From a virus, in IMG/VR virus record IMGVR_UViG_3300044684_000278, positions 1 to 64,000 of that record: DNA of 64,000 nucleotides, one strand, 5' to 3'. How positions within the stretch are numbered: position 1 is the first letter of the stretch; every line of letters starts with the position of its first letter. The translations under genes and the position numbers were made by a program. The notes under the pieces were generated by a model, which did no database searches, was not told the origin of the DNA, and saw only the letters and a program-made list of their open reading frames with translations. Shown in pieces: positions 29,206-38,719 of this stretch.

Positions 29206-29736
29206 TTAAGTTAGCTGATCAATCATGTCATTCAGCCAGGGCTTTTCGGATACAGGACGCTGCCAGATGATGGCTGCAAAATCCCGGATAGTCATTTTGT
29301 TGATGTGATCATCCTGCTTTACGGATCCTTCCTGGATACCCTCAAGGTTGATCTCCTGGGTGATCTTTTTAAAGGTCACTGGCTTCACCTCTTCCAGGTT
29401 CTCAAGGGGAACCGCGTAAGATCCTGATGAAAGCATACCAAACACGTTTTCAAAGTTTTCTATAGGGGGAAGACGGTATAACTTCCTTTCCGGATCTGTA
29501 GGATCCAGGGCTTTGTCCACGAACTCAATGTAGAAGCCATTCTTCTTGGTGAATTCATTGGGGAAGATGCCTACCACCTTCTGGCCTTTGTCATAGAATA
29601 CCAGCTTTACGTTAAAGTCTGCATCAGGGACCCGGTAATGTTCCAGCACCTGACGATGGTACTCCCGGTGATTATTGATCTTTTCTTTTTTCTGAGCAGC
29701 GGTCAGTGTTACGCTCTTACTTGCTGTTGTTATCAT
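29206..29736 (-). CDS. Hypothetical protein
   Basis: ORF in operon; MTIRDFAAI C-terminal motif. Confidence 0.7.
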   Translation of the reverse strand: MITTASKSVTLTAAQKKEKINNHREYHRQVLEHYRVPDADFNVKLVFYDKGQKVVGIFPNEFTKKNGFYIEFVDKALDPTDPERKLYRLPPIENFENVFGMLSSGSYAVPLENLEEVKPVTFKKITQEINLEGIQEGSVKQDDHINKMTIRDFAAIIWQRPVSEKPWLNDMIDQLT

Positions 29737-29748
29737 GGTGTGAATTGA

Positions 29749-30756
29749 TTACGGATTAAAACCTGCTGTACTGAGTGATTGGGGTTGTTGGTTTCTTCTG
29801 CGGGCACCAACCTGTCTCTGAGGAGGGGTTGCTACTTCCACGATGGTCATGTGCTCAAACTCTGCCCTGAAAAAACAGAGCCTGTTGTCCCCGTTGCGTG
29901 TCTTTAAGAAATGCAGGGCAAGGGTACGGTCATCCACTTCAAACTGCTCCGGGCCATATACGTCTATACTATACAGTGATGGACGGTTAATGGCCACAAG
30001 AAGATCAGAGTGCTGCAGCAGTGCATCTGCTCCGAACACGTCTGCTGAAGTAGGATAGTTCCCTATGGTCCCTGGTATCTTCCTTGCCTGTTCCTCTATG
30101 CTCCTGTTCATCTGGGTGAGTACGATGAAGAGAACCGGGAGCTTCTTCTTAAGCTTGGTCATCATCTTTCCCAGGGAGTTCAGGGTATCCTGCACATCCT
30201 TTTCATCTGCTGCTTTGGCAATCAGCACACTGTGGTCAACGGTGACGATAACAGGCTTGTTGACAAACTTGATAAACTCAATAATGGTTCTTTCCATCTC
30301 AGCCACCGTCATAGGACTATCAATCTGGTAGATCTCCTGGTGTGCAGAGTGTTTTGCATAGAATTTGAGCTTCTCCATATCTTCATCAGGCAGGGGAGCA
30401 TCAACGGATAATAAATCTTTGTAGGACTTGTGGATCACGGCAGAGAACTCCCGTACCCCAGTGGTCTCACTTTTCATCTCAAACTGAAAATCCAGGACAG
30501 CAAAGTCCTGCTTCGGGTTCAGCTTGTGGGCATTGCGTGTGATCTCATTAACAATAAGTGTCTTTCCAGAACCTGGCCTCCCTGCAATGGTGGTAATACT
30601 ACCCCATTCCAGCCCACCAATTCCGGCATCATTGAACTTCTTCCACTTCGTCCGGATGGATTCTATTAATCCAGCCTTACGCTTTTCCATATACTCCAGT
30701 GCATCCTTGCGGATCTCACTGATGTGTTTCCATTTGGTCCTCGGATCTACACTCAT
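29749..30756 (-). CDS. dnaB: Replicative DnaB-like helicase (C-terminal domain only)
   Basis: AGRPGSGKT, QFEM, VDH, LTQMNR, KTRNG. Confidence 0.9.
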   Translation of the reverse strand: MSVDPRTKWKHISEIRKDALEYMEKRKAGLIESIRTKWKKFNDAGIGGLEWGSITTIAGRPGSGKTLIVNEITRNAHKLNPKQDFAVLDFQFEMKSETTGVREFSAVIHKSYKDLLSVDAPLPDEDMEKLKFYAKHSAHQEIYQIDSPMTVAEMERTIIEFIKFVNKPVIVTVDHSVLIAKAADEKDVQDTLNSLGKMMTKLKKKLPVLFIVLTQMNRSIEEQARKIPGTIGNYPTSADVFGADALLQHSDLLVAINRPSLYSIDVYGPEQFEVDDRTLALHFLKTRNGDNRLCFFRAEFEHMTIVEVATPPQRQVGARRRNQQPQSLSTAGFNP

Positions 30757-30764
30757 TGTGATGG

Positions 30765-30971
30765 TTACTTGAATACTTCGTCAGCTATTTGTTCTGCTCT
30801 TTTCATTCCGGCATTCTCCCCATAGAAGAAAGCCTTTTCCATCATCTTGTCAACGGCCAGCTTGAAGCCGTCAAAGCTGATGGCACGAATCTGTTGTCCA
30901 TCCAGGTCAGGAGACAGGCTGACCGTGGTGCCGAGGAATAGCTCCTCCAGCTCCTGTTCATGTGTCTGCAT
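30765..30971 (-). CDS. Small hypothetical protein
   Basis: ORF in operon. Confidence 0.55.
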   Translation of the reverse strand: MQTHEQELEELFLGTTVSLSPDLDGQQIRAISFDGFKLAVDKMMEKAFFYGENAGMKRAEQIADEVFK

Positions 30972-30981
30972 AATTGTTTCC

Positions 30982-31560
30982 TTAGCTTACATTATACATG
31001 GACTTCTTGGGTGCCGCAACATCCCCGTCTTCCAGGAGCATTTGGCAGTAAGAAGCCAGTTCTGAATCTCCATCCTTTGAGATGAAGTAACCTGCTGTCC
31101 TCATGTAGTTGTAGTCCTGCTTACGGAAATGCTCCACGTAAGACTCTGTTGCATCCAGGACAAGATCCCAGTCATAGCTGGGGTTGTCTATGAAGAACTG
31201 ACTCATCTTCTTTTTGAGTTCATTCAGGTTGGTTCTGGCCGGTTTTCCTGTAGGGAGGTTTCCCTTAGGGAAGATATTTCTGAACTCCTCCAGACGGGCC
31301 ATGAATTCCGGAGTGTCAAATAGTACTTTCTTTTTCTTGGCAGCCTTAAATAGTTTATCAGCGTCAGACAGCAGCTTCAAGGCTTTCGGCTGCAGCTCGT
31401 TCTGTGTATTGATCCATCCTGATTTCTGGCATAGTAAGAGCTCCGCATTCAGAGACGGAAGCAGTACTGATGGCCTGATCTTTTCGTGGATGCAATGCAA
31501 TAACAGAAGCTGATTGGGTGTTATCTTCTGCTGTATCAGCAGGTTGATGAGTTCTTGCAT
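30982..31560 (-). CDS. Putative replication initiator or helicase loader
   Basis: wHTH-like N-terminus; F...FPK and YMRTA.YFI.K pattern; upstream of DnaB. Confidence 0.5.
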   Translation of the reverse strand: MQELINLLIQQKITPNQLLLLHCIHEKIRPSVLLPSLNAELLLCQKSGWINTQNELQPKALKLLSDADKLFKAAKKKKVLFDTPEFMARLEEFRNIFPKGNLPTGKPARTNLNELKKKMSQFFIDNPSYDWDLVLDATESYVEHFRKQDYNYMRTAGYFISKDGDSELASYCQMLLEDGDVAAPKKSMYNVS

Positions 31561-32014
31561 ACTCTAATTGATATACTTTTTGAAGGGTATCTAGGATGGA
31601 GTTGTACTTCTCCCGGAACTGGGGGTTGCTCTTGATCAGGGCATTGGCTGTTTCTGCTCCATAGATGATGGTACTATGATGCATCTTGCCAGCTATTTCC
31701 CCGATGGTTTTTAGCGTGAGGTTCCCTTTCTCCCTTGCAATTTTCATGAAGATCATCCTGAGCTCCGAGAGCTCCCTTTTACGGGTCTTGGAGAAGATGG
31801 TTGGGTATTTTATTCTTAAGTGTGATGGAATGTAGGAGTTCAGCACGGATACCAGGATGCCCAGATCCCTGTCCTGTTCACTCTCAACTACCTTCTTCCA
31901 CTCCGGCTCTACGACGATGACCTCTGCATCCATTCCGAACCGTTCATAGAATTGTGTCCTGAACCGGCTGATGGCTACCATATGCTTCTTTTCCAGGTAC
32001 GGATTGTTGTTCAT
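31364..32014 (-). CDS. Stand-alone DnaA C-terminal (domain IV) HTH protein
   Basis: KTRKRELSELR.I.M.IARE...LTL..IG......HHSTIIYG matches the DnaA domain IV signature. Confidence 0.75.
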   Translation of the reverse strand: MNNNPYLEKKHMVAISRFRTQFYERFGMDAEVIVVEPEWKKVVESEQDRDLGILVSVLNSYIPSHLRIKYPTIFSKTRKRELSELRMIFMKIAREKGNLTLKTIGEIAGKMHHSTIIYGAETANALIKSNPQFREKYNSILDTLQKVYQLEYARTHQPADTAEDNTQSASVIALHPRKDQAISTASVSECGALTMPEIRMDQYTERAAAESLEAAV

Positions 32015-32062
32015 AAACTTTAAAGATTTAAGTGAATAGCTTGTCTGTATAGGGTATTATGG

Positions 32063-32135
32063 GTATATTATATTGTAGACTAACTACGGTTTGTCTACAT
32101 CTTACCCGTTTATTCTACAAATATAAGATCTACAA
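32063..32135. promoter_or_regulatory. Divergent control region with four TCTACA/TGTAGA boxes and a minus-strand TATATTTG
   Basis: Boxes at 32074, 32094, 32114 and 32129. Confidence 0.55.
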
Positions 32136-32136
32136 T

Positions 32137-32451
32137 ATGAGTTGCAAACTTTATTATGCAAAAAAAGATAAGAACGGCTTTCCGATACCGGGAACCATGA
32201 TGGGATATGATAAGGATCCTTGCAAAGATGACCTTGTACTCATTGAATCTCATGATACTATGTTGGGTGTGGATGCCAATGGAAATACCATTGAGCAGTG
32301 CTTTCACCCGGAACACTTACGCTACTTTGTCCGGCTGGATTGTGATGGGCATATACTACCCAACTCCCTGTTTAGCTCTCTAAAACATCCTGGAGGATCC
32401 GTAGCTGAATTCAAAAAGACATTTCTGGTGCCTGCTGGGGCTGCCGTATAA
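32137..32451 (+). CDS. Small Cys-containing protein, possibly virion-associated
   Basis: Start re-called at MSCKLYY; first gene of the plus-strand late cassette. Confidence 0.65.
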   Translation: MSCKLYYAKKDKNGFPIPGTMMGYDKDPCKDDLVLIESHDTMLGVDANGNTIEQCFHPEHLRYFVRLDCDGHILPNSLFSSLKHPGGSVAEFKKTFLVPAGAAV

Positions 32452-32478
32452 GAGCTTAACCTAAACTCCAAGTAACCC

Positions 32479-32829
32479 ATGACCCCTAAACCTAAACCAG
32501 ATAGCTTTGAAAACACCTTAGATAAGCTCAAGAGTTACCTCTTCCAGCCATTGCTGTTCATACTGTTCAGCGTAGCCACTTACTTCCTGTCCAGCATCAA
32601 TACCAAGCTCCAGAATATGGAGCAGATTGCCATCCAGGTCAATATTGACAAGACCAGGATTGATAACCTGGAACGCACCATCTACGGCCCTAAAACCAGA
32701 ACGGCTTCCCTGGACAGTTCCCAGAGAGTAGATAGTCTTTTCAGGAGATGGCCCCAGACAGCCTTCAAGAATGAAGAAGAGTTTGACATCAAGAAATACC
32801 TAAAGCCACCCTATAAACGTAACATATGA
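32479..32829 (+). CDS. Single-TM membrane protein (holin/antiholin candidate)
   Basis: One TM helix followed by coiled coil; lysis cassette context. Confidence 0.55.
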   Translation: MTPKPKPDSFENTLDKLKSYLFQPLLFILFSVATYFLSSINTKLQNMEQIAIQVNIDKTRIDNLERTIYGPKTRTASLDSSQRVDSLFRRWPQTAFKNEEEFDIKKYLKPPYKRNI

Positions 32830-33218
32830 AATTCGGACTTAGCCAACTTACACATCCCACACCTCCCAAGATCAAAGCCTTTGGCAAGGCACTCCGTACA
32901 GCTGCTGTAGCTGCTGCCGGTATTGCTGCCACTGCAGGTACCAGTGCTGCTATCAGTATTGGTCTCGTAGCTCTTGGTTTTATCGGGGACTTTATCTGTG
33001 ATCTGTTCAGTGATCCAGCCATAGTGGTTGAAGCACCAGAAGCAAAACCTGCTGAACCTACTGAAGCTCCAGTGGAAACTCCCGTAGAAGTACCGGTGGA
33101 AGCACCAGCTCCGGAACCCGCAGCTGCACCAGTAGAAGATGCTTCATCTCCTGCACCTGCTCCGGAGTCAGATCCTAAACCAGATGAAAGCACTAATGAA
33201 ACTCCTGCTCAGGCTTAA
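32826..33218 (+). CDS. Holin-like membrane protein with Pro/Ala/Glu-rich tail
   Basis: PTPPK motif followed by two hydrophobic segments. Confidence 0.55.
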   Translation: MKFGLSQLTHPTPPKIKAFGKALRTAAVAAAGIAATAGTSAAISIGLVALGFIGDFICDLFSDPAIVVEAPEAKPAEPTEAPVETPVEVPVEAPAPEPAAAPVEDASSPAPAPESDPKPDESTNETPAQA

Positions 33219-33729
33219 TATTCTTTTGCTGTTGTGGACTGTGAGTTCCTGTGCGGTCTTTAAGACCAGAACAGTGAACAAGCAGTCACACGACAGCCTG
33301 TCTGTTTCCCGCAGCCACATTGAGTTAAAGCTCAATGAAAAGCTGGTAGATACGGGCAGTGTAAAGAGTATTGTCCTTTTGAGCCATACAGATTCCTCTA
33401 CCACAGAAACAGACATCATCCCGGATGGGGATGTCACCGTGGGAAAAGACGGAGTCTTTCATGGAAAAGCCAAAAGCATACATACCAAAACAACTACGAC
33501 CAATAAGACCAATTCCAATACCCGGACAGAGGAGAAGAAGGGATTAACAAAGACCCTTCAGAAAGATTCCACTAATAACCAGGATCATAAGACAGAAGTC
33601 AAAGACTCGTCCAAGCATATTGTATCCAAACCGGATTTCGGATGGATGATCTATGCCGCAGCTATCCTGGCTGTGCTGGTAATCCTCTTTCTCATCTACC
33701 GGAAGTTCCGTTCTAAGATTCCCCTATGA
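33184..33729 (+). CDS. Unimolecular spanin candidate
   Basis: Lipoprotein signal (LLLLWTVSS-C), S/T-rich beta region, C-terminal TM followed by RKFR. Confidence 0.7.
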   Translation: MKALMKLLLRLNILLLLWTVSSCAVFKTRTVNKQSHDSLSVSRSHIELKLNEKLVDTGSVKSIVLLSHTDSSTTETDIIPDGDVTVGKDGVFHGKAKSIHTKTTTTNKTNSNTRTEEKKGLTKTLQKDSTNNQDHKTEVKDSSKHIVSKPDFGWMIYAAAILAVLVILFLIYRKFRSKIPL

Positions 33730-34247
33730 GTTTAACTGATAAGATTGTACAGATAGCCAAATCCTATGTAGGCCAGGAAGAGATCCCTGAGAATGCAGGA
33801 TTTAAGAATCCATCCTTTGAAGCCAAGATGAAGGCTGTTGGATGGTATAAGGGAGCTCCCTGGTGTGCGTTCCTTGCCAAACTGATCTGGACAGAGGCAT
33901 TTGCCCTGGCAGACACCTCAGCATCCGCTTTAATACGTAAGTATTCTAACGGATCTGCTACGGACACCTATCACAATTATGCTGCTTCCAAAGAATTCCA
34001 TGTACAGCAAACTCCTGTAGTGGGAGCTGTAGTGATCTGGAAAGAGGGAAATGGTCCTTCCGGACATGCAGGTGTGGTAACCCGCGTCATAGATGAACAC
34101 ACCATTGAGACCGTAGAGGGCAATACCAACACCAATGGATCCAGAGAAGGATACATTGCTGCAGTGAAGATCCGTAAGATCGGACAGCCCTTCAATCCAC
34201 ATGGTTTAAACCTGGTGGGTTTTATAGTACCAACAAGAATTGCCTAA
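33726..34247 (+). CDS. CHAP-domain endolysin
   Basis: PWCAF, GHAGVV and TVEGNT catalytic motifs. Confidence 0.88.
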   Translation: MSLTDKIVQIAKSYVGQEEIPENAGFKNPSFEAKMKAVGWYKGAPWCAFLAKLIWTEAFALADTSASALIRKYSNGSATDTYHNYAASKEFHVQQTPVVGAVVIWKEGNGPSGHAGVVTRVIDEHTIETVEGNTNTNGSREGYIAAVKIRKIGQPFNPHGLNLVGFIVPTRIA

Positions 34248-34308
34248 TATCCTATCACCCGCCTTATCACCGGATCCCTTCTGATTTCCGTATCAGAAAG
34301 CCGTGATC

Positions 34309-34341
34309 AAAGGGAAGAGTTTCAACCGCTCTTCCCTTTTT
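34309..34341. terminator. Bidirectional terminator
   Basis: AAGGGAAGAG-N9-CTCTTCCCTT-TTT between convergent genes. Confidence 0.8.
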
Positions 34342-34346
34342 CTATT

Positions 34347-36098
34347 TTACTTGATGGCATGACCACTGCGTCCTACCTTATAGGTACGCTTGCCATCAAA
34401 GACAATGACCTGGTCTCTTTGCTGGTAGAGAGGATTAAAGCCAGTGAATTTGGCTCCGGCCACACCAATAAAGAAAGCCTTGTCCGAATAGGCAGAGCAG
34501 TGATCCTCTGCATCCGTGATGACGATGGCATTGCGTTTATTGGCTTCTATTCTCTGGATCACCCTGCCGGTGGTGGTTCCACCTCCTCCACGGATATTGA
34601 GAATGTCCACGATCTGGTTACCTTCATACTTCACATGATCCTGGAAGGAATACACTTCGTTGAGCATGTTCAGCTCCTTCATCTTAAAGGCAAACGCCTT
34701 GGCAAATAAAAGCTTGGTCATATACCTTCCGTCCTGTCCTTGTACCCCGCAGGATTGCTCCATGGATCCTGAAGCATCAATGAACAGGTCGATCTTACCC
34801 ATCTTCCTGATCTCCTTCACCAGTATATCCTCTGTGAATATTTTACGCAGTACAGGATGCAGTAGTGTGATGTCCTCCAGCCCGTCAAGGGTACCAGCAT
34901 CAAAAATACTCTCAAAGTAAGGCTTGTCCTTGGCAGAGAAGTAAGAGTTGGACTGGTCCAGCAGGTTCTTGATCTTGCTCTTGATAGCATTCAGGTTAAG
35001 CCCTACACTTCTCAGTTCCTGCTCCACCTTCTCCAGGTATTGCCGGTTGGTCTTTTCTGCTGCACGGTTGGCTTCTCCCCATCGGTCAGAGGCCAGCTCC
35101 TTCCACATATCATCCATCTGCTTTTCACTCATCACAGCTCCCAGCATTTCCACGGTCTTGCGTGCATCTTCCAGCACCTCTTCCAGAATCTGCTTGGACC
35201 CTTTGACCTTGTCAAAGCGTTCCATCAGGGTCTTCAGGTGAGCATTCTCACTCTGACGGGTGTTACCCGTACCAGCCTGATTGCCTCCGCCTGTCTGGGA
35301 ATCACTGTGATCCTTTTCCTGCTCCTGCTCATCATCACCTCCTCCGCCATTGCCTTGCGGATCTTCATCATCCTCATCCTCATCCTGACCTCCCTGGGAA
35401 GGTTGATTGCCGGGATTTCCCTGCTGCCCATGATCCTGAGGATCCTGTGGTTGTGGTTGGGGGTTAGGCTGACCTTTTCCAGGACCCTTTCCACCCATTC
35501 CTTTCTGCTGCTTCTGGTCCTGGGGGTCCTTTCCCTGCAGGTTGTTCATCAGGTCATCAAATGCCTGCTTGTCCTCCTGCTGCAGCATGGCCAGGTTCAT
35601 CAGGTAATACTGTATCATGTTCCTGGTATAGACCATGGATTTGATATTGTTCTGACGGGTGATCACCTTGGCAATAGGGTTGTTGGACTTTTCAATCATA
35701 TGGTAGCGGAACTTGTTCTTCTCGGTCCGCTCCTCAAACTTGAGATCCTGGATGTCCTCATAGTTGATATTGTAAATATCATTGAGCACTTCCTTGGGAA
35801 ACTTCTGATAGATCTTCATCATCTCCTCAGTCAGTGTCTGTGGACTCACCAGCTTTTTGTTCATTTTCTCAGCCATCTGCTGTATCCGCTGGTGGGATAC
35901 AGGTGTCTGGATATAGTTATCTACTGCTTTTTGCAGTGCCCGTTCATCCAGGGAATGCAGGTAGGGCTTGATGATCTCACCCCTTACATTGTACTGCACG
36001 TTGGAGAAGAGACGGGGCCTGTTCTCAAAGCCCAGTTCCCCTCTCTTTGCCTTTTCCAGGATGGTATAAGGATTTTTGAATTGTCTCTTCTTGCTCAT
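34347..36098 (-). CDS. VWA-domain protein with Q/G/D/E-rich linker (MoxR partner 1)
   Basis: MIDAS DASGS, GGGT, ITDA. Confidence 0.85.
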   Translation of the reverse strand: MSKKRQFKNPYTILEKAKRGELGFENRPRLFSNVQYNVRGEIIKPYLHSLDERALQKAVDNYIQTPVSHQRIQQMAEKMNKKLVSPQTLTEEMMKIYQKFPKEVLNDIYNINYEDIQDLKFEERTEKNKFRYHMIEKSNNPIAKVITRQNNIKSMVYTRNMIQYYLMNLAMLQQEDKQAFDDLMNNLQGKDPQDQKQQKGMGGKGPGKGQPNPQPQPQDPQDHGQQGNPGNQPSQGGQDEDEDDEDPQGNGGGGDDEQEQEKDHSDSQTGGGNQAGTGNTRQSENAHLKTLMERFDKVKGSKQILEEVLEDARKTVEMLGAVMSEKQMDDMWKELASDRWGEANRAAEKTNRQYLEKVEQELRSVGLNLNAIKSKIKNLLDQSNSYFSAKDKPYFESIFDAGTLDGLEDITLLHPVLRKIFTEDILVKEIRKMGKIDLFIDASGSMEQSCGVQGQDGRYMTKLLFAKAFAFKMKELNMLNEVYSFQDHVKYEGNQIVDILNIRGGGGTTTGRVIQRIEANKRNAIVITDAEDHCSAYSDKAFFIGVAGAKFTGFNPLYQQRDQVIVFDGKRTYKVGRSGHAIK

Positions 36099-36107
36099 GG
36101 GTTATGA

Positions 36108-37265
36108 TTAGATGGTGGCCGCTTGCGGCTGTGTGGTAAGTACATCCTCCAGCAAGTCCTCAATCTCTTTCTCTTTCTGCTTTACAGGATGCCCTTCCAG
36201 GATATGGGCTACCACAGCTTCAACCTCTTCTACCTGGGACTGATCCAGTTTACCTGCAGAAGCATAGCCGGTAAGGAGTGCATCAATCTCTGCCACGGCC
36301 TCATCCACGCTCTGTGCATCATGCAGTGACCACAGCATGTCCGCCTTGCTCATCAGGGCTTTCATTTCCTGGTTCATTAGCTGGGCTGCCAGTTGGTTTC
36401 CGGCTTCCGCATCAATCATGATGGTGGCTACCTTCACCATGGATTTATCCAGGGTATAGTTCCACACGAAAGAGACGGCTTTGATCAGTTCAGGAACGAA
36501 AGTCAGTGTCCGGTCAGAACACCTGTTATAAGCTACGTTCAAGAACTTCTCCAGCTTAGATGTTGGAATGGTTACTCCATCCATTTCTGCCCTGGTAGGG
36601 AGACCGATCTTCATGGTCTCTTTATACTCTTTGGCACCCCGGTCATAGTAACGGATCATGTCTCCGGCTGAGATCCGGTTCACCTGCATTTTCAGCAGGA
36701 ACCTGTCCCAGAAAGGAGAGCCCGCTTCTTCTTTGGGGATCTCGTTACAGGTAGCAATAAAGAGCTTCCATTTGCAGGGGATCTTATGCTTACCATTAAA
36801 GAGGAACTTCTCGTTCATGATAGAGAGCAGTGAATTTCTAATATTACTGCTGGCCTTGTCCACCTCGTTGATGATTACGATCTCTGCCTCTGTGATAGGG
36901 GCAATGATCTCATAACGGGGTTCGGCTCCAAAGAGCTTGGCCATGTCGGGTAATCCTTTGACCTCGCTACTTTTGGTGCCTTCATCTGTTTCCAGGATGT
37001 AGATCTTTTCCATGAACTCCTGCTGTGCCTTCTTCATGGCAGCCACATCTCCTGGAGGTACGTCTTTCAATAACCAGGCTTTGGCAAAATCAATAACGGT
37101 CTTGGTCTTACCGGTTCCAGGAGGGCCTACCAGTAATACCGGCTTTTCTGTTGCTCGGGCAAGGGAGAGCATTCTGAACACTTCTTCTTTGTTGATTAGA
37201 TTGGTGTCAATAGTAAGTACGTTCTGAGCTTTATTTTTAGTAAGGGATTTGATAGCTTTTGCCAT
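36108..37265 (-). CDS. MoxR/RavA-like AAA+ ATPase 1
   Basis: GPPGTGKT, INEVDKA, ATCNE, FWDRF; start re-called at MAKAIK. Confidence 0.88.
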   Translation of the reverse strand: MAKAIKSLTKNKAQNVLTIDTNLINKEEVFRMLSLARATEKPVLLVGPPGTGKTKTVIDFAKAWLLKDVPPGDVAAMKKAQQEFMEKIYILETDEGTKSSEVKGLPDMAKLFGAEPRYEIIAPITEAEIVIINEVDKASSNIRNSLLSIMNEKFLFNGKHKIPCKWKLFIATCNEIPKEEAGSPFWDRFLLKMQVNRISAGDMIRYYDRGAKEYKETMKIGLPTRAEMDGVTIPTSKLEKFLNVAYNRCSDRTLTFVPELIKAVSFVWNYTLDKSMVKVATIMIDAEAGNQLAAQLMNQEMKALMSKADMLWSLHDAQSVDEAVAEIDALLTGYASAGKLDQSQVEEVEAVVAHILEGHPVKQKEKEIEDLLEDVLTTQPQAATI

Positions 37266-37332
37266 GATTTCTTGTAGTTGTGTTTGATCTGAATTAGTAG
37301 TGGAAACAGGGGAAGCGTCGTCCCCCTGCTGA

Positions 37333-37899
37333 TTAGAGGTTGAGGAAGCTTTGACCGGCTTCCACGTCAGAATCTTGCTGGGACTCTGATGCAACCAGGC
37401 TGTTATCACTAATGCCAGCTGATCCAGCCTGGGTACTACCCACACCTGGTTTTGAGGCTCCCAAAGGAAGTACGACTCCGTTGGATTTGTTAGCCTGGGC
37501 TGGTAGGTCAGCACCACTTCCTGAGGATTGGTTGGTCTGCCCAGCTTCTTTAGCCGCTGCTGGTACATTCCCTGTACTGACGGTTGGCTGTTGGCTATCT
37601 TTTGCAGCATCCACTGATGGAGTTGCTCCAGTTCCTGCTGCAGGTTTGTTTGCTGCTGATTCCGTATTGTTAGCATTGTCTTTGTCTTTTGTGTCATCAA
37701 TAATGCGGAAGATGACTCCTTCCGGCTCTTTACCTACAAGCTTGGGGTGCTTCATGATCACTTTGATCTGGAACTCCTTGGCATTATACTTCTCTTCAAT
37801 GCTACCGAACCCCTGGTCTTCTGCTTTCAGCCAGGTTAAACCGTTACTTAAATCCTCTAATAACTGACTCACAGTCAGATCTACTGGTTTGAATGCCAT
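37333..37899 (-). CDS. Hypothetical protein, folded N-terminus plus disordered tail
   Basis: In operon directly upstream of MoxR 1. Confidence 0.7.
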   Translation of the reverse strand: MAFKPVDLTVSQLLEDLSNGLTWLKAEDQGFGSIEEKYNAKEFQIKVIMKHPKLVGKEPEGVIFRIIDDTKDKDNANNTESAANKPAAGTGATPSVDAAKDSQQPTVSTGNVPAAAKEAGQTNQSSGSGADLPAQANKSNGVVLPLGASKPGVGSTQAGSAGISDNSLVASESQQDSDVEAGQSFLNL

Positions 37900-37919
37900 G
37901 ATTACAATCTTTTTTGGTT

Positions 37920-38249
37920 TTACTTTTTGTTAATTAGTTCACTAATCTGGTCACAGAGATCAGGGTTTGCATAGAGTGCCCCTGTGACCTTTCTTAAGAA
38001 ATCTTTCTGTTGTTCCTGGGTGGCAGTACGCCAGTCCAGTGATGGTCTGTACAGCTCAAAGAAGTCCTGAAACACCCATTCAGTGAGTTTCTCCTGCTTC
38101 TCGTGCTGAAATAGTCCTCTGCCGTCCTTATGTACCTGTGATTTGGTTACTGTCAGGTACGTTCCATATTTGTTATAATCTTTTCCATGTGATTCACGGA
38201 ATTGAGGTTTGAGCCTTACCCTGTCTCCGGGGTTAAATAGGTATTCCAT
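37920..38249 (-). CDS. SH3/KOW-like small protein (divergent C-terminus)
   Basis: FNPGDRVRL. Confidence 0.65.
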   Translation of the reverse strand: MEYLFNPGDRVRLKPQFRESHGKDYNKYGTYLTVTKSQVHKDGRGLFQHEKQEKLTEWVFQDFFELYRPSLDWRTATQEQQKDFLRKVTGALYANPDLCDQISELINKK

Positions 38250-38511
38250 GCTCCAGTTGCTTACTTAATTTGTCCAGTGCTTCTTCAATATCTTGTATTG
38301 AGTAGTACAACTCCAGCTCACCTACATATCCTTTCCATCCCGATTGTTCCGGGAAATCAATATAAACCTTCATCCCAAGTGTACTTATAGTTTCATCAGG
38401 AAGTAACTGCCTTATTACACCCACAGATTTTGCAGTAACACTTCCCCAATCGTGATAGGGATTGGTTGCAATAACACGGACTGTGTCTCCCACTTTAAAG
38501 TAAGTTTCCAT
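38233..38511 (-). CDS. SH3-like protein with shared tail
   Basis: FKVGDTVRV...SIQDIEEALDKLSKQL. Confidence 0.7.
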   Translation of the reverse strand: METYFKVGDTVRVIATNPYHDWGSVTAKSVGVIRQLLPDETISTLGMKVYIDFPEQSGWKGYVGELELYYSIQDIEEALDKLSKQLEHGIPI

Positions 38512-38719
38512 CTTTCATCCTTTCTTCTAACTTGGTTAGGGCATTCATTAGATCGTCTATACTAACAGCATCCACTTTTTCAAAAAAAGAAATATCAATC
38601 CAGCTCTTAGGTAAGTTTTCCTTGCACTTGAATGTTAGTTTACCTGAATTATCTGAATATGGATCTTCCCTAAATTTCTTTTGTGGTATGATCCTGTCAC
38701 CTATCTTAAAGTTTTCCAT
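38495..38719 (-). CDS. SH3-like protein with shared tail
   Basis: FKIGDRI...SIDDLMNALTKLEERM. Confidence 0.7.
   Translation of the reverse strand: MENFKIGDRIIPQKKFREDPYSDNSGKLTFKCKENLPKSWIDISFFEKVDAVSIDDLMNALTKLEERMKDGNLL

Noticed and set aside
21081-30756. Introns or inteins in PolA, primase or helicase
   Set aside because: The genes are of normal length and uninterrupted, and the GIY-YIG gene is free-standing.
35040-36107. 355-aa plus-strand ORF and similar long antisense ORFs (for example 8607-9380, 9749-10537, 58456-59115)
   Set aside because: These are shadow frames of well-supported opposite-strand genes, with atypical L/H/V-rich composition and no motifs.
37266-37700. N-terminal 145-aa extension of MoxR 1 in the ORF track
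   Set aside because: It overlaps the 37333-37899 gene in another frame and spans a hairpin. MAKAIK at 37265 follows an A-rich Bacteroidota-type initiation region.
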